Assembly (NCBI GenBank): GCA_951804945.1
Contig: OX638154.1
Coordinates: 62,186,001 to 62,250,000 of the forward strand
Origin: Podarcis cretensis
Lineage: Eukaryota
Direction of reading: 5' to 3'
DNA: 64,000 bases
Each line of letters begins with the position of its first letter. Position 1 is the stretch's first letter. Shown piece by piece: positions 38,081-49,528 of the stretch. Made by a program: the position numbers and the translations under genes. The notes beneath the pieces are model-generated. The model was given only the letters and a program-made list of their open reading frames with translations, was not told where the DNA came from and did no database searches.

Positions 38081-38195
38081 GTGGTGTTCAGCTAAGTTTT
38101 ACATAGAGTAGACTTAATGAAATTAATGAACATGACTAAGTTGGGTCCATTAATTTCAGTAGGTCTACTTTGTGGAAAACTTAATTGAATACCAC
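38081..38195. repeat. Palindromic MITE-like element with ~50-bp inverted arms
   Basis: Left arm gtggtgttcagctaagttttacatagagtagacttaatgaaattaatgaac; reverse complement of right arm gtggtattcaattaagttttccacaaagtagacctactgaaattaatggac. Confidence 0.75.
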
Positions 38196-38232
38196 TTACC
38201 ATATGTGGAACGGCTCCAATATTATTCTGTTA

Positions 38233-38450
38233 CAGTGGTACCTTGGGTTAAGAACTTAATTCGTTCTGGAGGTCCTTTCTTAACCTGAAACTTCTTAACC
38301 TGAGGTACCACTTTAACTAATGGGGCTTCCTGCTGCGCCATCGCCGTGCAATTTCTGTTCTCATCCTGAAGCAAAGTTCTTAACCCGAGGTACTATTTCT
38401 GGGTTAGCGGAGTCTGTAACCTGAAGCGTCTGTAACCCAAGGTACCACTG
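38233..38450 (-). mobile_element. Tc1/mariner-type MITE (CAGTGGTACC family), copy 3
   Basis: TA TSD; TIR CAGTGGTACCTTGGGTTA; opposite orientation to copies 1 and 2. Confidence 0.9.
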
Positions 38451-40417
38451 TATTCTAGATAGCCCCTTGCCCCCAAATACTCCATTGTGCTCTAAAAGTG
38501 CACATATTGTACATTATGTACAACCACATGTTAGTTTTTGATAAGCTTCCTCTGTAAATACATCTTTAATCCATGAAAATTGTGAGATTGTTCTGGTGAA
38601 ATCAATGAATATAGAAATCATTGCCAATCTACTGCAAATCAAGCAGAGCTCCAATTCCCAATTGTTTAACATTAGCAGCAAAGTGACTCCCATCCCTCCC
38701 TGCATTATACTGTTGAAATGAAGAAAGCAGGAGTTTGCCAGGAATGGGTTTTTATGTGGAAGGACATTGAGCTCCATTTAATTCTGGGCTTTAAAACAAA
38801 TTATTGAGCTCAGAATTCAGAAGTATTAAAGGTCCAACTGGTGCATTTTAGGGTTAAAAAACAAAGTAGATCCTGCAAGTAGATTCCATATGCCTAAAGC
38901 CTGCACTCCTCTGAGCTGAGTCTATGCATATAACCAGAGACGTTTCTTCTTAGGATGTCCAGTGCAGTTATTTTATTACTGCAGAATTTTTCAGTTGGAG
39001 AACAAATTAAATTGGCCAGAGTACTGGAAAGTTGTTTCTTTCCCTACAATTACAGAATGACTGAGCAAGGCCACAGAAATAGCAGACATGGACAAATTGA
39101 CCAATATTGTATGTCAAAGAAATTGAATGCATATTCAGGTTGCTTTAGTTGTAAATGGGCTCCATTTATTATCTATTGGAATAATAATTATGTACATGAA
39201 AAATTGGAAAGAGATTGGGTTTTATTATATTCTGATATGTTTTATTTAATAAGACCAGGGTGGGGGGTGGGGTGGGATGCAGAAGTAGCTATGTGCAAGC
39301 CAAGCCACTCAGCTTTGATTGCTGAGAATTCTGAAGCCTGGGAAAAGGTAGAGGATGCTAGGGAATCATAGGCAAACAGGCAGGGAAAGTGGAGCCTCTG
39401 GGCACCTTTTTCTGCCTGTTGTTTATCTGTGCTTATCTTTCCTTTAGTGGCTAATTGCTCTGCTCCTCCTCCTCACAGCTTCTAGATACAATTAGAAGAC
39501 ACAACAAAGAGAGATATGATAAGCAGGAATAAATATGGAGTGCAGAAAGGTGGCCCACAACTGATTTGCTTGCCTGCGATCCCTTCCTGCTTTCTCTGTG
39601 TGTTATTTTTTTCCTTGTGAAATTTGCAAATAAAAAACTAACAATAATAAATAAGGAAATGGGATGCAGCTTCTGCAACTTGCAGCTTGTGGCTTCTTTC
39701 TTGTGGTTTCAGAGCAGGAAGAGAAGAAGGTTGGGCTTGTTGAAAGAGAACAAGTTTTGCACTTTCTTGAGTAGAATGAGTTTTGGAGCTCCTATCCCCA
39801 CAAAACAAGAGGGCGCCTTCAAGGCACAACTGAAACACAACTTGTCAACATTTGTTGTTTTCTTTAGTAATTGTTCTTAGAGCACCAAAACAAAACACAT
39901 ACTTGCTTATGGTGTTGCATTATGCTTCTGTGCTGTCAGGGTCAGAAATGATGTAATTTATTTCACAAGAAGCCTTCCCACTAAACGCAAGCTCAGAAGT
40001 GCTAAATTTAATTAAAAACTTTTATTTTTCAAACAAACAGTTATTATTCCTTCTTACCTTCTGAACTTTAAGACATCTGAGCTGAATAGGACCTGGATAA
40101 AGCAGGGAGAAACTGTTTCTCCTTTCAACAGATGCCTGTTATTACTTTATCTGAAACAAGGACTCTAACCCCCCCCCCCGATGAACAATGCAAGCAAGCA
40201 AAAAGTAAAATAAAAGTTAAATTGGTAAACTGGGGTTTTGTTTTTAAATTCAAGCAGCTATAAAAAGCCTTGAATTTGTTAAGAATTTGCTGTTTTGCTG
40301 TGGAAGTAATTACAAGTCAATAGCATGTGTCATTGTAAAGTTAGCCACTATATTAGCAGTTTGGGTTTTTTATTGGTTCAGATATGACTAAGCAGGATTA
40401 GTACATGAGAACCTTAT

Positions 40418-41242
40418 TGTCAGAGCTGCCCAAGGTCCCAGCTCACAAAGGACCAACGCCAGTTCTTACTATATACAAAAGTCTTTATTAAGGTTCAGTT
40501 TCCATTTCAAAGCCGCGGCGTGCAGCTCTTCGTCTCAACCCTAGACCGCTGAAGCTCCATCTGAATCTCCTCCCCCTCGACACCAGTTCAAGACCCTAGC
40601 CTTGCTCCACCTCCTCCTCTGCTCCTTTCTCCTCTGGGTCCTTCTGCCCGCTGGGGTGTCGCCCTTTCTGGACTCTTCTGATGCTGATTCCCCGGATTCT
40701 TCCCCCTGTTTCCGGCGTGCTTTAGGACCTGGCTCCCAATCCAACCTCCCTGCTGTCCCGCGCTCCTGTACATTTGAACGTGGCGCGCGCCCAGCCAGCA
40801 ACCTTCCTCCTGACCGTTACACTGCTCCTGTCACTGCTTCCCCCTTCGGGGGGGGGTTGGCTGGGTCTGACTTCCCCTCCGTTTCCTCACTCAGCGATAG
40901 GGGCGTGGTCAGCCCTGCCTCATCTTCTCTCCCCACTGGAGGGGAAGCCGGCCCTGACACATGGAACTCTTCCCCTCCCTGCTACGCCCTGGTGGGGAAG
41001 CTGGTCCCGATCTCCAGCTGCTGCTTTGGGAGTCGCCGCTGGCCCCTTGCTTCTGGTGCGTCCTTCCCAGGACCCCCCTTGCCCTGGCCATCGGTGCCCC
41101 CTTCTGGGAATCTTCCGAATCGCTGGAGAAGCTCATGGAATCTCTCGGCCCACTGTCATACTCCCCTACGCTGCCCTCGGATTGTTCCCCTTCGCTCTCC
41201 GCTTCCTCTCTCCCCTGTGCCTCTGCTCCTGAACCCCTGACA
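40418..41242 (-). mobile_element. Solo LTR, probably Gypsy-type, 825 bp, young
   Basis: Termini TGTCAG...CTGACA. Exact 5-bp TSD CTTAT at 40413-40417 and 41243-41247. Minus-strand AATAAA at 40484-40489, ~65 bp from the end. GC- and CpG-rich relative to flanks. Superfamily is inferred. Confidence 0.88.
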
Positions 41243-41909
41243 CTTATGAAAAATAGAAGTGATAAAAGCAATTTAACTGTCAGTATATTTGTGTTGTGGT
41301 TTTGCTATGTGAAACATAATTGCCTGGCAATGGAAAGGACACTGAGGATGGATTCCCCCTTCCACCCCCACTTATTTCTGTGTCAGTAGCCGTGGAAGAT
41401 TATTTCACTCTTTGGAAGGGATAAATACAACAGATTAAAATTATATTTAAAATTATGCAATGAAAATTTGCAGCTGTGTTCTTCACTGGCACATGTGTGT
41501 GCAAAGGCAGAAGAAACTAAAGATCAAAAATATTATTGAAAGTTCCTTCCCACTTTTGTGGACATTATGGTCACTCATGGTAAAGTCTGTGGTTCAGAGC
41601 TCTTACTCTGAAACTTATTGTGGTTTCAGCCACTGAATCAGCAATTCAGCTGCATCAACTTCAGTCTTGCTGATTTCAGTGTGCATATCAGAATATAAGA
41701 TTGCAGTTTTAGTGAGGAGAAGCCACTGACCCGTATAAACTATGGACATTTTAGGGAGATGAGTAGATAGAAGTACTAAAAGACTATCAGCTGAAATAAA
41801 GCATAAGAATTAGTGCCATGATTTAGATATTCCCACTGATGTCATACACATTTTTCATCTTCCTTCCATTGTATGTGATAACTCTTTGTTTGCTGTGACT
41901 TTGGCTAGT

Positions 41910-42280
41910 GTTATTTGAAGGACTGCCTGCATTCACATGAACCTACCCAGGCCTTAAGATTGACATCAGAGGTCCTGCTCTCTGGTCAGTTACTGGAGAA
42001 GATTGGGTGGATGAGTAACAGGAGCAAGGTCATTTCAGTGGTGCACCCCACCACATTGTTGAATTTTGTTTCCCTGGAGCCCAAGCCCTCTCTCTGTCAA
42101 TTTTTAGATGTGGTATTAATAGGTATTTTGTTCAGCAAGGTCTTTTGAACTCATTATGTGTTGGTTTTGTATTTTAATAATTTTTATCTTGTACTATTTT
42201 TCTGATTTTATTATTTTACAATGCTGTAAATATCTTTGAGCAGTGTTCATCTTAAACATGGGATATGAGCAAACAAACAG
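41910..42280 (+). mobile_element. Old L2 LINE 3' fragment
   Basis: LKDCLHSHEPTQALRLTSEVLL...NRSKVISVVHP resembles the L2 ORF2 C-terminal YLKDRL.P..P.R.LRS...LL...RAFSV.AP pattern; T-rich 3' UTR follows. Confidence 0.65.
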
Positions 42281-45200
42281 GGAATTTCCTCAACAGCATG
42301 ATCTGAAGCCATGGTTGGAAATTAGTTTGGAAGCCTTGGTTTGGACTTGGAAAGCAATCCCTGGTTAGTTCTTACCATAGTTTGAGTGGTTTGAATGTCA
42401 TGGAAAACTATGATTTTTGCAAACTATGGAAGACAGAAGGAAACTGTATGGGTGTGGGCATAGTTTTCACTTCAGCTTAATCTGTTGATACTGGCTGTAG
42501 CAAAATAGGGATCCAATAATATATTTCCAACTCTGGCAGTGAAGATACAATACCTTTAAAATGATATGACCAATATCTTTTTTAAGTGCAATGAGCATGA
42601 AAAGCATATTATTATTATTTTGCATAATTAATTAAAACATTGTTTGTTATAGGTATATTCACCGTTATCCATATATCACTTTAAATAGAGGCTGATGGGG
42701 TTGTTGGAATGGCTCTTAATACTTAGGAGTCCCTAGTGACCACTTTAAGTGACATTTTCTGCCTCTGCTGCTACATCCCTTAGCTACATCCCTGGGGGTG
42801 CCTACTTCAGGTTTTTTTTAGAAGCAAAGCTCTTAAGCAGGCATCTGCTTTAGACAGTTGCTTTCAGTCCTATTGATTTCAACAGAATGCATGCATCAAG
42901 ACAAACCATGTACTTAAGCACTGGAATGGCTTACTCCTTGTGTCCACTGAAACCACAGACTTCTAGATTTCTGTTCTTTGAATGTGGTGTACTATTACCA
43001 TAGTTGTTCCAATATTACTTTGGCGTACCGGTATCTATTTATGTGCAATGTCGGGTACTAATATCAGTCCCCTCTCATTGTGTACTCAAGTGGCAGTAGT
43101 AACACCACACATTTTCACACAACCATTGGGCCTCCTTGTTGAACTGGCTGAGCTTCATTTGCTTTGGGACAAAGAAGAGAGCAGGCCTTCTCCCTCAATA
43201 GCAGAGCTAGATCACTTGCCCCAGAGAGCAGCTGGCAGTCCCTAGGCTTCTGGTTAAAAATTATTGCCCTCATATCTGTAATCCCAATGTACTTGGGTTT
43301 GCTGAACCCTATTAGCATACCTACAGCTCCATATAATCCTTTCTTTCAGTTGCATTCAACGCCTGAGTGTTTAACTGAGCCCCATTGCTTTAAATTAGAC
43401 TCTGTACTGTTCTAAGTACTTGCAGACATCTTGATCTATTCCATTTTGCACAGTGAAGTGTTTTCATTAGCGCAGCATTCATGCATGTGTGATAGTAGCT
43501 AACTGATGTAATTAACCAGCATGTCAAAGGCTATTTATTTCTTGCACATGCAACCATCTTTCTGTGGTAAGGAATCGTTTCTGCTGACACAGTGCGTATG
43601 TAAACATGCTAAACTACAAGCCATTGCCCTTACAGTCTGCACTGTACTCACAAATTACAAACACTGATTTCACTTTAAAAAGGCTAAACTAATGAGAGTT
43701 ACTTTAAATTTCCATGCCACTGTTAACTACACGTGTAGCTGGAAATGCAAAGGCAGGGGTTCAAAACAAAGAAAGATCAAGAGAAATAGCATAGGTCATG
43801 GAGAACAAATCGCCTACTTGATTGTAGGTCAACCAAGTGCAGAATAGTATTGCTGTACTTGTCTGGCCCAAGTGGCTGCTTGCCTGTTGCTTTTAAACCT
43901 CAGTTATGCACTGAGGTTATGCACATGTGTCAATGCTTGCAGGATCAAGATTGCTGATTGCAAATACCTTGGGAGCAAAAGTTTCTGTGCCAAAGTACTA
44001 GAACATTTTGGCCCTAATTTCTTTCAGCATCAAAGGATCAGGCTTCTATAGAAATAAAATATGAAGAAAAATGGCAATGCAAAACAAGGATTTGGTCTTG
44101 GGGGTGGTTCTTCAGGCAGATTCTGCATCGTAAAATATGGTATGTAAATGATTTCTGCTTGGAGGAAGAAGGAACAATAAATAATTCAGGCATCCTATCA
44201 CCAGTTCCCTCACATAGACTTACTTTGGTTTCAGTCCCTTCACAACATAAATTGCTTGCATGCTTTCTTGGTATTTTGGTAAAACCATGAAAACTGTAGA
44301 CTTATTATCTGCTAGCTATAAACATTTCAATGTTTGCACTATGATCCAGGGTCTTGCAGATGTTAAAATTCCCAGATTTTTAATCCAGATCCCACATCTA
44401 TTCAAGTATACAAAGACACAATCTGTATAATCTCACATTTAGTGTGACCTTGTAAAACTCCTTTGCTTTCTTGCTTCGATTTGTTACACTCATTAGCATA
44501 ATTCAGGAAAAAAATCTATGAAGGTTAAAGACATAGCTTTACTGTAAAAATCTACAGTGATGAGAACTTTATATGTTTGGAGTTTACAGTTTTTCTGTTT
44601 AAGTGTTACAATTTGTTCTGTTTAATAAGCACTTCTTTATTCAGCACAACATTTCTGGAATTTTCTGGAATAAGATATGGGATTATACAGAATCAAAGAT
44701 TTGGGGTCTATGGCCCAAAACCATGACGATTATATGGAACTGCCATTTTCCTAGAGGACAACAACAGGAGCAGGCTATTCCCAGAGGCATATGGTTGACC
44801 ACTGTGGGTGAACTATGTGGATTGTGGCATAATTTTAGATTTTACAAATTTAAATAGCTGTCTTTAACATGAAGTGCATTGCCAGTCAGTGATGGAAACT
44901 GAACTTGAAATACAGTGCTTCAGAGTGTCTGCAATATTCAACAAAAACATTCATATTCTTAATATCTTGATGAAATGTAGTAAAAATGGGTTATCAATAG
45001 GTTTTCTTTTCTCCTCTAAAGAGCGTGTGTTCTGGCAGCACTGCTGGCATGTTGATCATGGAAAGCTGTGTCCTATGCTTTGTTTCTCACACAATACACA
45101 CCACTTCATTCTCCAATACAGCTTGCAGATAAGGCCATTGGCACTGCTGTAGCCTGGTCCAGCCACACAATTTGTCTGAATTTTGCGGTACTGTCTAAGC

Positions 45201-46447
45201 AAGTCTTAGTTTACAGGAGGCCACCGCACGGGGTCTCATGAAGCCCAGCAAGCTTCTTCATGTGGTCTGCCTGGCAATGAGATGATTTAATAATTTGTGT
45301 GCCCATTCTAAAGAGGTTTGGCTGCTTACCATCCAGCCTGCCCTCAGGGGTGATTTACTTAACCATATGCTGCCATAGAAGCAGCTGCATTTGATTGCAT
45401 CTACCAAACTCTGAGGTTTATCCGCCACACAGCTGAAGCCTTTCTCTTTTATCTGCCACTTCCCTTGGCTGTATGCCCCTGAAATCATTTGTGTCTAAAA
45501 GGAGGACAGAGAAAACTTTTAGCATGTAGTTGGGTGTTGACAATCTGAAATGATGAATTGATCCTCTGAGAATCCATAGGCAATTTGCTGAAGCAACAGT
45601 AATAAAAATCTTGACATTGCTCATTGCTTTCTTGCTGATACTGTCTGTTGGTGAATCTGTATTGCATGTGCTATAATCAACACTGAAAATTCAAACCATC
45701 TCAGTAGCTCTCAATATGCAATTGACTTGACTACTATTGTGGACTGACTATATAAGCCTATTTTTTTCATTCATGGGTAGTAATTTATTTCTCTTTTTAG
45801 CCTGTCCCATCTCAAAGTCTATGTCTGGATAATAATGCCTTATATATAAAACACAGAATTTACAATATGAAACAAAATCTTGACTGAATAAATATACATG
45901 AGCGTCCACATAGTATAAGAATTTATTATAAATAATTGCCATGTTGAATAAGAGCAATGGTTCATCTAGTTCATTAACGTCTACTTTGATTGGCAACAGC
46001 AAAGAAATCTCAAAGAGGGTTTAGCCATATAGATGGATCTTTTCTGCCACTGACCTTTGGTCCTTTCTCATTATAACTTAGTGCAATAGTGTTTATGTTT
46101 AATAATGAATACATTGTTATTTCTCATAAAATTCTGACAGGATTTCCCCATTATGATATCAATTTGAATTTTGTAGGCTGTATTCCCATGATTTGGTATA
46201 TATACATTACTGTTTGATATATTCTTCAACAGCAATATGAAGGGTTAGGAAAGGAGGTGAATTGTTGTTTGCTAAGATCTAGATCTGTAACCTCTTGACC
46301 TTCTGATCTCTTCTTATCCTGTCCAGATGGAAATTCTCGATGTCAGCTGCCCTATTTGTGGATGTAAGATTGGCACATTTCCTCTTTCTCTTTTCCCTTC
46401 CAGCACCTGAAAAGACTGGTGTCATATGATGATTCTTAATAGTTATA

Positions 46448-46688
46448 CAGTGGTACGTCAGGTTACATACGCTTCAGGTTACATACACTTCAGGTTACAG
46501 ACTCCGCTAACTCAGAAATAGTGCTTCAGGTTAAGAATTTTGCTTCATGATGAGAACAGAAATCGGGCTCCAGCGGCCCGGCGGCAGCAGAAGACCCCAT
46601 TAGCTAAAGTGGTGCTTCAGGTTAAGAACAGTTTCAGGTTAAGTACGACCTCCGGAACGAATTAAGTACTTAACCTGAGGTACCACTG
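46448..46688 (+). mobile_element. Tc1/mariner-type MITE (CAGTGGTACC family), copy 4
   Basis: TA TSD, TIRs present, body aligns with the other copies. Confidence 0.9.
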
Positions 46689-47362
46689 TAATCCAATCTG
46701 TGTATTATACAAAATACTAGACCTTCTGGTTTGGGGTTATTCGGGGGGGGGGGGGTGTTCAGTACAATCTGTCGATTGGCACAGTGATCATCCAGACTTT
46801 TGGCTAAAGGGGGATGCCATTTAATAAATTTTGAATTAGACTGTGGGATACCAACCTTTGCCCCATGGATACATATGGATTTTTGCTGGGGGTGACAGGC
46901 CTTGTGGTCACTTTTCCGCCCCCTCCTCCAAGAAACACACTTCCCTTTTACAAAGGAACTGGAAATCCAGCTGGATCCAGCTGCTGGATCCAGTAAAATC
47001 AATCTGAGGCTTAGAAAGCACAGGGAGATGAAATAGTAAGTGTGAAAGAGTATCATTTTTCCATCTTTTTTCTTCATCTCAGTGTACTTTTCAAGGGAGA
47101 AAAAGGAACCCTTACCATTTCAGGACCAAGCAGGCAGTGAGTGCAGGGGTAGGGGGAGACTCAAAGCTTTCACGGGTGCCATGGGAAGACCTCAAGGGCA
47201 TCATTGCACTCATGGATGTCACAATGGCAATTGCTGAAATAAACTGCACAGGAAATATACCCTATGTGTCAATAATGGGAATTTTGGATTATTGTAGCTC
47301 AGACAATGGGGATACTGTACTGTTAATTATTTAATCATTTAAAATGATACTTCAACATAATG

Positions 47363-47434
47363 TTTCCTGCTTGGCAGGGGGTTGGACTCGATGGCCCTTG
47401 TGGTCTCTTCCAATTCTATGATTCTATGATTCTA
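47363..47434 (+). mobile_element. CR1 LINE extreme 3' end, young
   Basis: ttcctgcttggcagggggttggactcgatggcccttgtggtctcttcc followed by (ATTCTATG)n. Confidence 0.9.
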
Positions 47435-48438
47435 ATAATAGTTAAGATATGAATTAATGACACTTAATATATACCCTAAATTAGGAGAGAACTGTGGCAC
47501 ATACAGTGCTTTTCATATACTCATTGCATTTGAAATAGTCTCCAAAGCTACCTAATTTCTGGCCAGTGTGATACCATATATCTAAAGCATCCCAGACAGA
47601 TGTCTCTCCGACATTTTCTTGAGTGTCTTTGAGAGAGGAAATCCCATAGTTGCTGTAGGCAGGTTTTTTTCTTCATTGATTGACAGTTTTTTATGATTTT
47701 GGAGGACTTTTAAAAGTTATCCTAAAATTTAAAATCATTGCTTCTTGTCCTTTCTTAACACTGAACATGATCTCCCAAATGATGTCTTACCAGTGCTGAG
47801 TAGAAAAATGGTATAATTTCCCATGTGACTGCTAATTCATCCTAAAATGGCACAATTCTTCTATGCTATAGACACAGCTGGTGTCACAGCATCTCTCATC
47901 TCTTCATCTTACTTTTCCACAATTACTACTAGTATCTGCTGTAAAAAATGGGTGGTTAATAATTTCATGGTATAGGCAGTGCTTGCTAGATAACTGTTTG
48001 TGAAGCTTGCAAATAGGAATCAAAGCAATATAGGAATATCAAAGCAATATAGGAATCAATCCTAAAGCAGCACACACACACTGCTAAGTCTCCTTAACCT
48101 TAATGAGAACTGCCAATGTTTATATCTTGTTCAAAACCACATAGACTTTGATAGATCAGGGTTCATCCTCTGCTGATTTTTTATTTATTTTATTTTCCTC
48201 ACCCTCAATTGTAAACACTGTCCCCTAAACCATCAAGTTAAAAGATGCACCCTATTAACCCGGTCATGAATGCTTGAAAAGCTTAACTTGCCTGTTAAAA
48301 ATGTCTACTAGCCCATACCTAATTGTGTAAAACAGCAAGTGGATAGGGGGAGAAATACCCTGCTAGTTTAAATGGACGAGAATGAGTTGCTTCAAAAATT
48401 AGGCAGGATGCAATTTTTCCAGAAAGTGCAGTATCATA

Positions 48439-48621
48439 GGGACGCAGGTGGCGCTGTGGGTTAAAGCCTCAGCTCCTAGGACTTGCCGATCGAAAGGTCG
48501 GCGGTTCGAATCCCTGCGGCGGGGTGCGCTCCCGCTGCTCGGTCCCAGCGCCTGCCAACCTAGCATTTCGAAAGCACCTCCGGGTGCAAGTAGATAAATA
48601 GGGACCGCTTACCAGCGGGAA
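48439..48621 (+). mobile_element. Sauria SINE, 3'-truncated first unit of a head-to-tail dimer
   Basis: gggacgcaggtggcgctgtgggttaaa head and B box ggttcgaatcc; stops at accagcgggaa. Confidence 0.9.
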
Positions 48622-48622
48622 T

Positions 48623-48991
48623 GGGACGCAGGTGGCGCTGTGGGTTAAAGCCTCAACGCCTAGGGCTTGCCGATCGAAAGGTCGGCGGTTCAAATCCCTG
48701 CGGCGGGGTGCGCTCCCGCTGCTCGGTCCCAGCGCCTGCCAACCTAGCAGTTCAAAAGCACCTCCGGGTGCAAGTAGATAAATAGGGACCGCTTACCAGC
48801 GGGAAGGTAAACGGCGTTTCCGTGTGCGGCTCTGGCTCGCCAGAGCAGCGATGTCACGCTGGCCACGTGACCCGGAAGTGTCTCCGGACAGCGCTGGCCC
48901 CTGGCCTCTTAAGTGAGATGGGCGCACAACCCCAGAGTCTGTCAAGACTGGCCCGTACGGGCAGGGGTACCTTTACCTTTACCTTTACCTT
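48623..48991 (+). mobile_element. Sauria SINE, full length
   Basis: tRNA-like head, body, (ACCTTT)n tail; nearly identical to 57851-58216. Confidence 0.95.
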
Positions 48992-49284
48992 ATGCTGGAA
49001 GGGTGACTAGGTTGTTGTTGTTGCTGAAATAAATCCTTATTGACACAATCATAGATGGATAACAATGGTAAGTTATGGTCCAGGTTGAAAAAGCCAACCA
49101 AGTGGAGTTCATCGTATCACTGTATTATGATAGATCTTTTATCTTTCAGTAAAGAGGTCATCAGTGTTGGAGTGGGGAAGAAATGCATTTCAGATCTTTG
49201 TAAAAACACTAATTGAGACTATACTAAATTCAGGTCCTGTGTGTTGGGGTTGTAGCATTTTGGAGGTGCGTCTTAAAGTGTGTA

Positions 49285-49528
49285 CAGTGGTACCTCAGGT
49301 TATGAACTCAATTCGTTCCAGAGGTCCGTTTGTAACAGGAAACCGCTGTCACATGTGGCGTGCTTTTGCTAATGGTGCCTCCTGTTGTTGCTGCTGCGCT
49401 GCCAGTGCGTGACTTCCACTCACATCCCAGGGTAAAGTTCGCAACTCAGAGCATCTACTTCCGGGTTAGCAGAGCTCGTAACCCAAAGCGTTTGCAAGGA
49501 GGATGGTACGTTACACAAGGTTCCACTG
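49285..49528. mobile_element. Tc1/mariner-type MITE, related older subfamily
   Basis: TA-CAGTGGTACCTCAGGTTA ... AAGGTTCCACTG-TA; shares aattcgttcc(a/g)gaggtccg and gggttagc motifs with the CAGTGGTACC family. Confidence 0.8.

Noticed and set aside
40602-41240. 212-aa plus-strand ORF (and overlapping 152- and 142-aa ORFs), the longest in the window
   Set aside because: Antisense to the LTR, non-ATG start for the longest, and Pro/Ser/Leu-rich. The A-poor strand rarely forms stops, so these are best explained as shadows of the minus-strand frame.
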